Position numbers and translations under genes: made by a program | The notes under the pieces: model-generated | Seen by the model: the letters and a program-made list of their open reading frames with translations, nothing else | The model's database searches: none | What the model was told of the DNA's origin: nothing | Shown here: positions 10,036-21,226 of the stretch, piece by piece | Layout of the letters: each line of letters begins with the position of its first letter | Position numbering within the stretch: the first letter of the stretch is position 1 | DNA from: a virus | Taxonomy: Duplodnaviria > Caudoviricetes | Reading direction: 5' to 3' (one strand) | DNA: 64,000 nucleotides | IMG/VR virus record: IMGVR_UViG_3300037722_001090

Positions 10036-10389
10036 TTAAGGCATTTTATATGCAGTAACTTTATAAAACTCAATTGTTACTGGATTATGGATTACAAATT
10101 CTTTTTCACGAATTTCACGAATCTCTGCAGTAATATTTACGCGAGTTTCATTTCCAGCTGAACTGCTAGATTTACCATTACGTAACTCATCTGCATAAAT
10201 TTTTTCGGCAGTAGCGCCTTTAAGAATAACCTTTACAGGGAATGCAGACCCTTCTACTTCCATAGAAAAAGCACAGACCTTAGATGCAATATCAATAGGC
10301 TTTTCTACATTTCCTTTTTCGACAGATACAATCTTGCCAAGCTGAATACTAACAGTCCCGCTAACATTAAAAGTTTTTTTCTCACTCAT
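10036..10389 (-). CDS. hypothetical, possible OB-fold ssDNA-binding protein
   Basis: beta-rich pattern only; weak. Confidence 0.35.
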   Translation of the reverse strand: MSEKKTFNVSGTVSIQLGKIVSVEKGNVEKPIDIASKVCAFSMEVEGSAFPVKVILKGATAEKIYADELRNGKSSSSAGNETRVNITAEIREIREKEFVIHNPVTIEFYKVTAYKMP

Positions 10390-10401
10390 AGTAATTTCTC
10401 C

Positions 10402-10980
10402 TTACTTCTTCTTGTTGTTATTTTCTGCTTTAATAATTCCACCGTATCGCTTTACGGTTTTAGGATCACTAAAGTCAGGTATTGGTTTATTTGTAGCTTT
10501 TTTAATTCTCTTTAGAAAATTATAATCCTCAGAAACGATACCATTTTTTGCAAGAGGATAAGTATGACGTAGCCATTCCCATCCTTCTGCTTCTAGCATC
10601 TTCATCATATTGGCGTGCCAATCATTATCATTAATGAATAGGTGCTCATATTGGATATCCATCTCTGCAGCAATTCTAGTACGCAATTGTGTAATTTTCT
10701 TTTCATACACATCATCATACAAAGCCTGCATAGCATCTTCTATTTTTAACTTTAACTCTTCAGGCACTATAATATCTACTACAGGTGAACAGACTTCAGG
10801 AACAATCTGTACAATCTCTTCTTTAGACAACTTAAGTTTAGGAGGCACTGCACAGACAACATCTAACTTAATTTCTTCAGGTGGACTTTCCTTGTTTGTA
10901 TTATAGAAATCCCAGCACCCCTTACATTCTGATCGTGGCGATCTTTTACCGCCATAGTTTGGATGTTCAGTACATGCCAT
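10402..10980 (-). CDS. hypothetical protein with N-terminal Cys/His knuckle
   Basis: CTEHP...CKGC. Confidence 0.55.
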   Translation of the reverse strand: MACTEHPNYGGKRSPRSECKGCWDFYNTNKESPPEEIKLDVVCAVPPKLKLSKEEIVQIVPEVCSPVVDIIVPEELKLKIEDAMQALYDDVYEKKITQLRTRIAAEMDIQYEHLFINDNDWHANMMKMLEAEGWEWLRHTYPLAKNGIVSEDYNFLKRIKKATNKPIPDFSDPKTVKRYGGIIKAENNNKKK

Positions 10981-11177
10981 TTTCAGCCTCCATTAATACT
11001 TCAAGATGTTTGCGTATATATCGCATAAATAACATTGCCTTATCTTTAGCCAGAAATGTAGCATTACCGATATCAGCAATAGGAACAGGAAAAGTAAATC
11101 CTGTACCAATAACTTCATACCAAAGATTTCCATCACAGTAGTGGATGAATTCAACATTCTTATCTTTTACTAATTCT

Positions 11178-11930
11178 TTAATCTTCATTTTCTACTCCCA
11201 CTAAGCAATTACAGCACATTACTTTATCTCCAACTTCACCACACCAATTAGTAAAGATACTCCATGACTCATGAATCTCTTTAGGCCTATAATAACCGCC
11301 AGTAAATTCAAATTTGTCTAGATCTGCATCATACAATTCAGCTATAGCTTTAGAAGGGAATCTCATAGGCGTAACAATACATATGTCACTAGAGATAGAT
11401 GGTATATCAACAGGTATTTTTTTTGTAACATCATAGCATAACCTAAGATATGTATTATCAACCCCATATACCGCATATGTAAGTGCAACTACACCTCTTT
11501 CATAATCACTAACTGCGTCTGTTTTCATACCAAGACTCATATGTAATATATGATTACCATCTTTTATCGCGGAAGCAACTGCTGTATCAAAGCTGAGCGA
11601 CTTGGAGACAAAGACGATTCGTAAACCCTCTTCACTAGCGGTTTGTAATATTCTAATAATCGTCTCACGCAATCCAGGATCGCCGGGATCACAATGCTTT
11701 GCCATCCGAACGAATCGAATATCTTTTTTATAAGCTGCTTTACAGCTTCGACGGAATATGTCATCGTCGTACTCCTTTAGTTGCATATTTGAAAACTTCG
11801 CACCCATACGCGTAGTCTTTGCAGCATAGCAACCAACACATCCATTATTACACCCTTTCGCCGGCTCAATAGATGCTTGGTCTGCAAGTCCAATTCCTTT
11901 TCCACCAAGGGTCACTTCAATTCTAGCCAT
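11178..11930 (-). CDS. radical SAM-like Fe-S protein
   Basis: GCNNGCVGCYA (CxxxCxxC) near N-terminus. Confidence 0.6.
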   Translation of the reverse strand: MARIEVTLGGKGIGLADQASIEPAKGCNNGCVGCYAAKTTRMGAKFSNMQLKEYDDDIFRRSCKAAYKKDIRFVRMAKHCDPGDPGLRETIIRILQTASEEGLRIVFVSKSLSFDTAVASAIKDGNHILHMSLGMKTDAVSDYERGVVALTYAVYGVDNTYLRLCYDVTKKIPVDIPSISSDICIVTPMRFPSKAIAELYDADLDKFEFTGGYYRPKEIHESWSIFTNWCGEVGDKVMCCNCLVGVENED

Positions 11931-12295
11931 TACTTAACCTTCTTTTTAAGTTCTTCAACTTCTTTACGTAGATCATCTAATGCGGCACCCATATCAAGAA
12001 GCAATGGCCTTAGCCGTATCAAAAGTTTCTTAGTGTTTTTCTTTGCTTGTCTTATTTTCATTTGCTTTCCTTTAATAAAGCAAAGTATAATTCAGCAATC
12101 CATGATTCTTCAATATCTTTATTGTCAATAAGGGATGCAACAAACATTTTACCAAAAGACCAAAGCTTATTAAACAAATCTTTCGCAGTATTAGAAGAAA
12201 TTATACCAGCATCTTTAAGCTTTAATATACCTACAGTGTGAGCAGGAGTAAGATAATATCCTTGAGCAGCATATTCTACAACACTTCGAAATGAT

Positions 12296-12598
12296 TCAGT
12301 CACGATTATGCTCCTTTTCAAACCAAGCCTTGCCCCATAAAAAGCAATTAGCCATAGCACCTAAAATCCACGCAGCACCAGCATATCCAAGAGCCCATGC
12401 TAACGCAGGGCTAGGACCAGCAAATACAGCATGTAGTAATAAGCCAATCCAAAAAGCAGAACATAGCTGACAGTATGCTAATGGAGCAAATTTACCAGTA
12501 TTAGCAATCCACCATTTACGTAAAGGCTTAGGTCCTGGACTATATAGCCACATAGAACTAAGACCAAACGTTGCCAATATTAACATAAATATAATCAT
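12296..12598 (-). CDS. small membrane protein (DUF1360-like)
   Basis: hydrophobic segments and C..C..FW motif. Confidence 0.45.
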   Translation of the reverse strand: MIIFMLILATFGLSSMWLYSPGPKPLRKWWIANTGKFAPLAYCQLCSAFWIGLLLHAVFAGPSPALAWALGYAGAAWILGAMANCFLWGKAWFEKEHNRD

Positions 12599-12826
12599 TA
12601 TTAAACTCCTTAATACGCAGGTTTAAGTTTTCTATGTAGAACTCTACTCATAACTGGCGCTGGAACAGCAGGCAAAGACCTACTGTTATACCATTTAATA
12701 ATCATCTCAAATTCAGAACAGGTCATAGTAACTTCACCTCTGTAGTCATCTTTAATAATTATTCTGTCACCTTCAATTATTTCTATTTCTGGACACTGGC
12801 AGTGAGGAGGAGCACAAGCTTGAAAT

Positions 12827-13096
12827 TTATTCGCTTCCATTGGCCCCTCCTATCATATTCTCTATTAATGCAGTAGCAAGCTGATCTACACAGCTAGTTT
12901 CTTTAGTGCCACAAATAATACCACTTAAGCAGTCATGAGCATAAAAAATACTATGACCAATAAGTAATCGTGCAACAGCTGATAATCCACCAGGACATCC
13001 GCCAATAAACTTAATATCAACAATAACGCTCTCGTTAAGTATTATATTAATTTCTTTAGCACAAGTTCCTGTAGTTTTAAAATTAATTGTTTCCAT
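12827..13096 (-). CDS. TSCPD-domain protein (TIGR03905-like)
   Basis: GTCAKEI...FIGGCPG...GIICG..TSCVDQLA. Confidence 0.75.
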   Translation of the reverse strand: METINFKTTGTCAKEINIILNESVIVDIKFIGGCPGGLSAVARLLIGHSIFYAHDCLSGIICGTKETSCVDQLATALIENMIGGANGSE

Positions 13097-13772
13097 TTAA
13101 AATCTCCTCCAATACCATTCTTACTGAACTATGATACTCTTCTAGAGTAGATGCATTTTCAATAATATAATCCCATTCAATCCATTCATCAAGCGAACAT
13201 TCACTTTCATGCCATGGATTACTAATAGGATTAGGATTATTAGGACGCTCAACTCGTATAAGTTTTGCACCAGCATCAATCAAAGCAATAGCTTCATTCT
13301 CAAATCTAAGATCATCAATAATATAAAGGTTTTCTTTTATGATTTCATCTTTACCAAATTCAACAGTCCATGGCTTACATTTAGCAAGCGCACGCTTAAC
13401 CCAGTAGTTATTATCTTGGCTTCGACGATACTCAGTTCCCCACCACTGAAGAAGAGATCGATAAGAGATAAATGTTTGTAAATAATTACTTGCAAGTAAA
13501 GTTTTACCAAAACGATTTGTTAAATCATTTATAGGGAAATCATGATCAAGTAACATATTATTTTTTATAATTGCAAAAGTTTCTTCTCGATATTTATTTT
13601 CACCATAGATATTCTCTAATCTAAATGGGATATTCTGCTTTTGTAAGAAATCAATAACTTCTTCCTTGAGAGCGCCAGCAAAATTAATTATTTGTGCTCC
13701 ATATTTTTGCTCTGCAATCTTGGCGAACTCACCTTTTCCGGACCTGGCCTTGCCACTTACCGCTAATATCAT
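13083..13772 (-). CDS. deoxynucleoside monophosphate kinase
   Basis: SGKARSGKG P-loop, R.LLQWWGTEYRR, IDDLRFENE. Confidence 0.82.
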   Translation of the reverse strand: MILAVSGKARSGKGEFAKIAEQKYGAQIINFAGALKEEVIDFLQKQNIPFRLENIYGENKYREETFAIIKNNMLLDHDFPINDLTNRFGKTLLASNYLQTFISYRSLLQWWGTEYRRSQDNNYWVKRALAKCKPWTVEFGKDEIIKENLYIIDDLRFENEAIALIDAGAKLIRVERPNNPNPISNPWHESECSLDEWIEWDYIIENASTLEEYHSSVRMVLEEILNGNN

Positions 13773-14358
13773 TTGTCAATCTCCACTTGATATCCATCAT
13801 AAATCTTAAAAACAAAGAAGTTTACAGAATCAGAAAGGGGTCTACAATCTTCGCTTTTAAAGCCAATAATTTCTACTTTAAAACTCATTTTTGTTCCTGT
13901 TTGACAATAAAATCATAGAACTTTTGAGCATCTTTAATTACATCTTCAGGAGAAGTTTCAGTTTTACCATAATTTAAAGCATAATTAAGTGCAATATTTT
14001 TAAATTCCATTGAATCTCTTTCAGTCATTTTATACCTCCAACATCATATATTTCACAAGGAATACAGGAGACCTTGAATGTACTTTTGGTCTAATATTTT
14101 TAACTTTAACGGGTACGATTTTCAAAAGTTCACGACGAGTAGTAAATACTTTCATATAATCTTCTGCATCTTCTTTTGTTAAAAGTACATGCCATCCAGA
14201 AAGATAAGTAGTTTTAGATGTTCCATCTTTAACTAGCTTCTCTTCAGCTTTAATCCATGTGCCAGGTGTTATAGTACGAGACCCAGCAACTCCATGGAAA
14301 AGAGTTTTCACATCAGTGTTATGAGTCTCTACAATCTTATATGCTTGTGTGATCATAA

Positions 14359-15015
14359 TTAAACCTTTTGTTTATTGCGTTCTTCACCAAAGAAATCAAA
14401 GTCAGTACCAAGCTTAGAAACATCTACAGATGTACGATAACTTGCAACACTTTGAGATACAGAAGTAAACATAGCAGCAGTACCTTCAGCGTCACCGCCA
14501 TAAGTCATAGCCTTACCACCCTTAATTCCAAAACGCGCAGAAGTTGCAATTGCATCTTGATTAGCACCAAGATAAATAAAATCCCACTTATCATTCTCTT
14601 CTTTAAGGTCGATTAGTGACTTAACTGTTGCCCCATCAAATCCACTTGACATATTTTCTTGTCCATCAGTTTGAATAACAAATATAACTTTTTCAGGTTT
14701 TTCTTCATCACTCAATGAGCGGATATAATCACTAGTATCATAAATTGTATTACCAATTGCATCAAGAAGTGCAGTACCTCCACGAGGCTTATAAGTTTGA
14801 TCTGTAAGTTTATCAACAGAAGCAATATCTGTATTTCTATGTAGAACTTCAAGTATATTGTCAAATTGACACAAAGTCATAATACACTCTCCTTCTACAT
14901 CTTGTTGATCTTTTAGAAACTGATTAAAGCCTCCAATAGTATCTTTTTTAACGGTATCCATGCTACCGCTACGGTCAAGCACAAATGCAATATAAGTTTT
15001 TCCTGTTTTAGCCAT
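14359..15015 (-). CDS. von Willebrand factor A domain protein
   Basis: MIDAS LDRSGSM, GGTALLDA, TDGQEN. Confidence 0.88.
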   Translation of the reverse strand: MAKTGKTYIAFVLDRSGSMDTVKKDTIGGFNQFLKDQQDVEGECIMTLCQFDNILEVLHRNTDIASVDKLTDQTYKPRGGTALLDAIGNTIYDTSDYIRSLSDEEKPEKVIFVIQTDGQENMSSGFDGATVKSLIDLKEENDKWDFIYLGANQDAIATSARFGIKGGKAMTYGGDAEGTAAMFTSVSQSVASYRTSVDVSKLGTDFDFFGEERNKQKV

Positions 15016-16216
15016 TTTTAGTTTCCCTGCTTTCTTTTTCGTAAAATTTAATTAGCCATTCTGTTGTTTTCTTGTCTAAACGTGAATAAGGTCCTGCTAC
15101 CAAGTTGCGAATAGTACTACAGTAAATATAGTCTTTAAGTGGACCTTCTAGGTGCTCTTTCTTAATAGAAAATAAAGATACTGGATCAAAATCATGATCT
15201 AAACGCATTAAGTAGTCTGAACTACTATGTGTAAATTTGTTTGTACTGATCTCACATAGACGAAAGTAAGTTTGTAAAGTAAATACTCTGGAGTTTTTCA
15301 TGCGCCTAGATTTTTCAAGCCTTGCTATAAAATACATACTGTAAGTCAAATCTTTCTTATTTTTATTTTTTAAACATTTTGTACAAAATTGGGTATAAAG
15401 AGTGTGCGGAAAGTGCACATTAAAAAGACGTCTAAGGTAGACGAAGAGGAGTGCCGCAAAAGGGCAAAAAGAAGGGGTATATCAAGGTGTTACAAAAAAA
15501 AGTTAAACAAAAAGAATTGCCAGCCCCGAAGGGCTGGCATATTATAATAGCATTATATATCAATACAAAGATGAAATTTGCCTGTTTTAAAATAGGCGAA
15601 GTAAGCAGACAGTAAAGTAAAGTCAAAAAGAAGAGCTTCAGATCTTACAACACGTACTTCTCCAATATAATCTAATAATGGGACAAGAATCCTCTCATCA
15701 AACCATATTTGATTTAGTTTATTTATATTATAAACAAAATATAACTCAGGACAATTATTTACTTTTCTCATATGCTCAATCCATAAAGTCATACTTATAG
15801 GATCTTCATCTAAATGAATTTTACCACAATTACATGGCTCAATTTCTACATTAATTCTTTTATCAAATTGATAAAAGTCACATAGCTCTTCGATATGAGT
15901 AGATTTTTTATTTTTAAATGTTGTAATACTTTTTATTTCAGATTCAAATGCATCTTCAATTAAGGAGGCTACTGAAACAGTTTCTTCAAATAGACTTGAG
16001 TTAATTTTATACTGAAGTGGACCTCGCAAATAGCATATCTTATATCCTAGATCTCCGGTTACAGCAAGCATATCACTAAGTTTTTCCTGTAATACGCTCA
16101 AGCTTTGTACGTCCAGTTGAATATCGCGCCCTGTTTTTAGCGCCTCAGTAAGCTTTTCAGTTACATTTATATCTTCATAAACTTTTACAATATGAACCGT
16201 ATCCATTTTATCTCCT

Positions 16217-16684
16217 TTAGCAGGGAACTACGCCATGAAAGTCTTCTAGGTATTTTATGCGATCTGCAACTTTGAGTAGATCAAATGAAACAAAATCCTT
16301 AGCTCCAATAACGAAAGATAAGGCACCTTGCTTAGAGCACAAATCAAGCGCATAAGCAAAATGGCCATCACCAGATACGAGTATAATAGAGTCAGGTTTT
16401 AAATTTTTATAATCATTTGTCATATCTGCAATTAAGATATGATCAATATTTGTATCTTGTGCTATATCAACTGTAACACATTTGTATCCATTGTTAGAAA
16501 GATATGTAATAAATTTTTTCTGAGAGTCTGACTCTTGATCAAGAGCCATATAGGATGTAGCTTTAATTATATCAAAGTCTTTTTTTATTTCTTGCAAAAG
16601 ACAGCGAAAATCTAATTTCTTATATCTAAAAAATATGTTATTTTGATCAACACATATAATTGCTGTGGGTTTATTTTTTACCAT
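16217..16684 (-). CDS. NYN (LabA/DUF88) domain protein
   Basis: CVDQNN, LVSGDGHF PIN-like motifs. Confidence 0.8.
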   Translation of the reverse strand: MVKNKPTAIICVDQNNIFFRYKKLDFRCLLQEIKKDFDIIKATSYMALDQESDSQKKFITYLSNNGYKCVTVDIAQDTNIDHILIADMTNDYKNLKPDSIILVSGDGHFAYALDLCSKQGALSFVIGAKDFVSFDLLKVADRIKYLEDFHGVVPC

Positions 16685-16696
16685 GCATGCCTCATA

Positions 16697-17353
16697 TTAC
16701 GTAATATTTAATTTAAAAACTAGATTAAGCATGGTAGTGGGTTTATTAGACTTATAAGCATATGCATGTACTTCTTCAATAACGTAACCACACTCTTGTG
16801 CAATTTTTGCAATGTCTTTAGAAATATCTTCCTTGTTCTTCAAGGCGGTCTTGTGCATATTAACGCCAATACCAGTAATCATAAAAGTTGTGAGCAGTAA
16901 TCCACCATTAGATACTACTTTGTTTTTAAGAGCTTTTTTAATAATTCCAGATGTACAATTATCAGTACCATTATCAAAATAAAATGTACAAAAATCAAGA
17001 TTTAGAACATTATAAAGATCAGTACATTTATTATCTAAAACAGATAACGCATCAGTACTCATAATTTTAATATCAACAGGCAACTTATTGTGCCTACCGC
17101 TATTATTCCATTCAGTAATCTTATTTTTATCTCGTTCACATAAAACCATAACCTTAAGATCTTCTATATGTTTTGCATAATACTCAGCACCCACACCTCC
17201 GCCAAGAAATTCAAACATAATCTTATTTTCATTTTTAAGGTAATGATTTATAATGGCAACTAACTGTGGTCTAGAAAATTCTTTACCAGGATTATTATCT
17301 TCTGTTCTTACCATATATGTAATCCTAAAAACCCCCGGCGAACCGGGGGTCAA
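16697..17353 (-). CDS. putative SAM-dependent methyltransferase-fold protein
   Basis: EFLGGGVG motif I-like, LCERD, LNLDFC. Confidence 0.4.
   Translation of the reverse strand: MTPGSPGVFRITYMVRTEDNNPGKEFSRPQLVAIINHYLKNENKIMFEFLGGGVGAEYYAKHIEDLKVMVLCERDKNKITEWNNSGRHNKLPVDIKIMSTDALSVLDNKCTDLYNVLNLDFCTFYFDNGTDNCTSGIIKKALKNKVVSNGGLLLTTFMITGIGVNMHKTALKNKEDISKDIAKIAQECGYVIEEVHAYAYKSNKPTTMLNLVFKLNIT
17331..17349 (-). terminator. stem-loop with UUCG loop and short U tract
   Basis: plus strand AAAACCCCCGG-CGAA-CCGGGGG; overlaps the GTG start of the next ORF. Confidence 0.55.
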
Positions 17354-17358
17354 ACAAA

Positions 17359-17844
17359 TTAGTTTTCAGATTTGTTTTTAACTGCTTCGCGCTTACGTGC
17401 TTCGTCTTCAATAGATTCTTCTACTGCATAACGCTGAGCATTAACTTCAAACCACTTAGCAATAGCATATGACTCATCAGCCTCAATAGTAATAGATGCT
17501 TTATTATCACCATCATTCATCATGATAGAGATTTTTCCATTATACATAGAAGCTTTAAGTTGACGCTTAGCATCGCCATCACCAACACTTTTAGACATAT
17601 CACCAAACTTTTTAAGTTCTAGTTCAACGCCCTGCGATAGGCCAAGAAACTTAAAAGATGCTTGGAACATTTCTAAAGTTTTAAAAGAGATAGAACAGGT
17701 CTTATCATAATCAAAGCGCTGCTCACCTGGTTTAGGCTGACCTTTTCCTGCGCCATCTAGGCCAGGAGTAATACGAATAAAAGCTCTTTTTTTATCATCC
17801 CATGTGGACAATTCAAGAACTGAATTAGTACGATAAATTCTCAT
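17359..17844 (-). CDS. hypothetical protein, possibly PC4/Whirly-like nucleic-acid binding
   Basis: beta-beta-beta-alpha pattern; weak. Confidence 0.4.
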   Translation of the reverse strand: MRIYRTNSVLELSTWDDKKRAFIRITPGLDGAGKGQPKPGEQRFDYDKTCSISFKTLEMFQASFKFLGLSQGVELELKKFGDMSKSVGDGDAKRQLKASMYNGKISIMMNDGDNKASITIEADESYAIAKWFEVNAQRYAVEESIEDEARKREAVKNKSEN

Positions 17845-17868
17845 TTTTGTTTATTCCTTTCTTAATTA

Positions 17869-18282
17869 TTAGCCCCAAGAAATTCTTTTCTTAGGAGTTA
17901 CAGCAGGTGCTTCTTTCGCAGGCTCTTCATTCTGGCCTGTTGCTTCTGGAGTAGTGTTTTTCCTAACAACAACATTTACATAGTCATCCTTAGTTTTACC
18001 TCCAGATGAAACACCGATCTTTTTATTGAATTCAGCAATAATAACATCATCAATTTTCTTGCGAACTTCAGGTGAAGCAAACGTGATATGCTGAAGCCAT
18101 TCTTCAGAATTTGCCTTCTTCTTCTGCGGCCAAGAAATAAAGATACTACCACTAGACGGAGCCTTCATGATAGTGAACTTGATTGAAAATGCCTCACAGA
18201 ACGTAATCATTCCATAACCAACACTAGCCCCAGTATCGTAATTTGAAGTAAATACCTTTACTTCAGTTACTTCTAATGACAT
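17869..18282 (-). CDS. SpoVG family protein
   Basis: EVTEVKV...ITF...F.I...FISWPQKK...EW...R..I...I. Confidence 0.7.
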   Translation of the reverse strand: MSLEVTEVKVFTSNYDTGASVGYGMITFCEAFSIKFTIMKAPSSGSIFISWPQKKKANSEEWLQHITFASPEVRKKIDDVIIAEFNKKIGVSSGGKTKDDYVNVVVRKNTTPEATGQNEEPAKEAPAVTPKKRISWG

Positions 18283-18297
18283 AATATTCTCCTTTTC

Positions 18298-18594
18298 TTA
18301 TTTTATTTGTTTAATTTCATTTTTATAAATCTCATAAATACCAGGACTACAACTCTCTAGGTCTCCTTGAAATACATCAAGAATCATTTCCTTAAGTGTA
18401 TCAACAATATCACCAGAAAATAGCAATGCGCCCTCATGTTTAAGTACACAAACAGGACCCTCGCCATTATTTAAATCTATCTGGATTTTATTAAGCATAA
18501 GAGAACAATCGCTCTCATCAACTATCTTTACAGATGCGATACCAGTATATTCGCCTGTTTTATGGATTATAATCTTATTTATTACAAATGACAT
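18298..18594 (-). CDS. possible SpoVG-like paralogue
   Basis: I..I.I...GIASV...D..L.LNKIQI; weak. Confidence 0.35.
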   Translation of the reverse strand: MSFVINKIIIHKTGEYTGIASVKIVDESDCSLMLNKIQIDLNNGEGPVCVLKHEGALLFSGDIVDTLKEMILDVFQGDLESCSPGIYEIYKNEIKQIK

Positions 18595-19075
18595 AATTTA
18601 AAACAATCCTTTTAATTTCTTCGTAATTTTCACCATCATATACTAAATGATCTGCAGGCTTAGGTATTTTAACATTCTTTCTCCACATATCAATATCTAA
18701 CGGACCAATCCTTTGCCTAGTAGGTGCATTACCAGCAAAGGACTTAAAGCGATTAAAATTATGCATATGTTTTTCTCGTGAAGGAAAAACCAATATGTGT
18801 AAATTATCTACACCTTCAAAACTATAAGGACACTTATCGACTTCATCAGATCCAAACCAAGTAGATGCTGACTCTGCAATAACATTATGTCCATTAGTTG
18901 CAAAATCTAAAGCTGCTCGATAAAACAATGGATAACCACCGTTCTTCCAAAACCGTTCATAATTTACAACCTTACAGTTTTCAACATCATTTAGTAACTG
19001 AGAGACTAGATATGTCTTACCTGAAAATGGAGGACCATTTATAAATACTATTTTACCCAATTGGACCTTTTGCAT
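18575..19075 (-). CDS. P-loop kinase
   Basis: GPPFSGKT Walker A near N-terminus. Confidence 0.65.
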   Translation of the reverse strand: MQKVQLGKIVFINGPPFSGKTYLVSQLLNDVENCKVVNYERFWKNGGYPLFYRAALDFATNGHNVIAESASTWFGSDEVDKCPYSFEGVDNLHILVFPSREKHMHNFNRFKSFAGNAPTRQRIGPLDIDMWRKNVKIPKPADHLVYDGENYEEIKRIVLNYVICNK

Positions 19076-19268
19076 AATCAATAGTTTCCCTATGGTAACC
19101 ATTAGCAGCAGAAAACCCATGTACAATACCAATGCTAGCAACTGGCATAATCATCATATGTGCACTACATTTTTCACATAGCATTTCTTTTGCTGAATCA
19201 TATGAACAAATTCTTTCAGATATATGTCCACATTTCTCATCTGTACATTTAAGTTTATATTGAGGCAT
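19053..19268 (-). CDS. FmdB-like zinc ribbon protein
   Basis: MPQYKLKC..CG...CEKC. Confidence 0.7.
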   Translation of the reverse strand: MPQYKLKCTDEKCGHISERICSYDSAKEMLCEKCSAHMMIMPVASIGIVHGFSAANGYHRETIDYAKGPIG

Positions 19269-19270
19269 AC

Positions 19271-20449
19271 TTATTCTCCGTTCAGATATGCAAGCAGTTC
19301 AATATGCGCAGCATCACACGCAGTCTTAACTTCATCAAATCTAGCCTGTCTATAAGAAGACTCTGCATACTCAACCCATACTTTTAACAGACCATATTTA
19401 TGTGGACCTAAATCTTTAACATACAGCAAAACTTCTTCTGGTTTAAACCGATAAAATGCAAGAGCATCAGGAATCTTATTAACAATTTCAATTCCAGCAG
19501 CATCTACAAAACCAAAAACAGCATGTGTCATTAATGCCTGTGCAGCATATAGTTGGCTGATATGTGTAGTAGAAAATGTATTATTAATATTGCAACGTAC
19601 AAGATTATAATTCAATGGCTTACCAGATACAAGATCATAAAAGATATTATATGCCAATTGAGCAACTAGCATATTAATAGGCATAGACTGATCATTTTGT
19701 AGTTCCATATCAGTACATGAAGGCTTTTCAGTATCTTTAAAGTTAGGATATAACTCTAAAAGAGTAGGTAAATATCTAATCCTATGTCTACCTGGATTAC
19801 CTTTTTCAGAGACTAGATCGTTCTGAGCAAACTTTCCCATTTGCCAAGCTTCATAAAGAAATGCTTTTTTGCGACCTTGATTTATGTTTTCTATATTAGA
19901 AACAAGTACTTGGCCAAAACTATCTTCATTGCCACAGCTAATACAAATAGCTAAATTATTTACAGAAAATGCCTCAATTGATTCTCTTGCTTTTTTATTA
20001 TCAGTACAGTCAAAAATAATATAATTAGCATTAGTATTGCCATGCTCATTACGAATAGCCCTAACATTACATTCAGCAAAAGGTTTATTAAAACATTCAA
20101 TTTCAAGACCATAAAGAGCAGAAAATCTCTCAGCCAAAACTTCAGACTTACTTCTTCCTATATCAAAAGCATAGAAATTTTGACGCTTGAGATTTTTACC
20201 TTCTACAGTATCCATATCAATAAGAACTAGGTTCATTTTATGCTTAAGAAATTCTTTATTACGAGCATTTGTTGTGATTTCATTGTTATGATTTGCAATA
20301 TGTTGAGCAATATTTGGAATAATACGACCACCAGTACCGCCACATCCAACTACAATCACATTAGTATGTGTATATGTTGTATTGTTAAATGTCGGCAAAT
20401 ATTGTACCGTTCGAATTTTCATAGCCTCTAAAAGTTCAGCACTTATCAT
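19271..20449 (-). CDS. ThiF/E1-like Ubl-activating enzyme (PRTRC ThiF type)
   Basis: VVGCGGTGG, DMDTVEGKNLKRQNF, KSEVLAERF, DCTDNKKAR, PSC (candidate catalytic Cys). Confidence 0.9.
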   Translation of the reverse strand: MISAELLEAMKIRTVQYLPTFNNTTYTHTNVIVVGCGGTGGRIIPNIAQHIANHNNEITTNARNKEFLKHKMNLVLIDMDTVEGKNLKRQNFYAFDIGRSKSEVLAERFSALYGLEIECFNKPFAECNVRAIRNEHGNTNANYIIFDCTDNKKARESIEAFSVNNLAICISCGNEDSFGQVLVSNIENINQGRKKAFLYEAWQMGKFAQNDLVSEKGNPGRHRIRYLPTLLELYPNFKDTEKPSCTDMELQNDQSMPINMLVAQLAYNIFYDLVSGKPLNYNLVRCNINNTFSTTHISQLYAAQALMTHAVFGFVDAAGIEIVNKIPDALAFYRFKPEEVLLYVKDLGPHKYGLLKVWVEYAESSYRQARFDEVKTACDAAHIELLAYLNGE

Positions 20450-20452
20450 TTT

Positions 20453-21226
20453 TTAATCTCCTATAACTCTATCTCGTACATTGTTCCAAAGATTAGAATA
20501 ACCACTTCTGGCAATAATATGGCCATTCCATCCACTATTCCAAGCACCACTACCAACAGGAATAAACCCTTTAGCTTCTTCCTCTTTAGCAATAGTAATA
20601 TTTTTAATAGATGAAGTTACATCAATAGAAAGTTTCTCATTACTTTCACAGAAAATACTATCAATGTCAACATTAACACGTTTTCCTAGTGTACTAAAGC
20701 GGACTTTAAACTCAGGGATAACATTATTTATCTTGCCAATAACAGCAGAATATCTATCTCGATTATCATCTTTATTATCAGTAGAAGAAAAGAATGCGCC
20801 CATAGAGCTTGTATGTGAATGTATATCAATAACAATACTACAGTTAGGGAACTTACTCCACACTTCCTTTACGTCATAATGAGCACTTGCAGCACCAACT
20901 ACTTGCTCTGGTACATAAAGAAAATACTTATCAGTATCTCTATTATACATCACCAAAACATATGCTTCTAATGCTTTATCTTTATGTTGATTTTCTACTT
21001 CCCTAAAAAAACGAAGAGTCTCCCAGAAGGCGCTTATAGGAATTTTTCTTCTTAGTATAGAAATAGACTCTTTGCCTTTTGGCATACCGTTTATTCCATC
21101 AACCTTAGTTACAATATGTCCACATCCAGCAGCACGAATAAGATATGTACCGTCTTCACATAAGGCATATGTAATTAATCCCAATCCGCTTTTATCCTCA
21201 GGAATGCCTTGGATAATTTTGAACAT
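20453..21226 (-). CDS. JAB/MPN+ metallopeptidase (PRTRC protein A type)
   Basis: LEA...DIHSH...AFFSSTDNKDD (E, HxH, S, D). Confidence 0.88.
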   Translation of the reverse strand: MFKIIQGIPEDKSGLGLITYALCEDGTYLIRAAGCGHIVTKVDGINGMPKGKESISILRRKIPISAFWETLRFFREVENQHKDKALEAYVLVMYNRDTDKYFLYVPEQVVGAASAHYDVKEVWSKFPNCSIVIDIHSHTSSMGAFFSSTDNKDDNRDRYSAVIGKINNVIPEFKVRFSTLGKRVNVDIDSIFCESNEKLSIDVTSSIKNITIAKEEEAKGFIPVGSGAWNSGWNGHIIARSGYSNLWNNVRDRVIGD

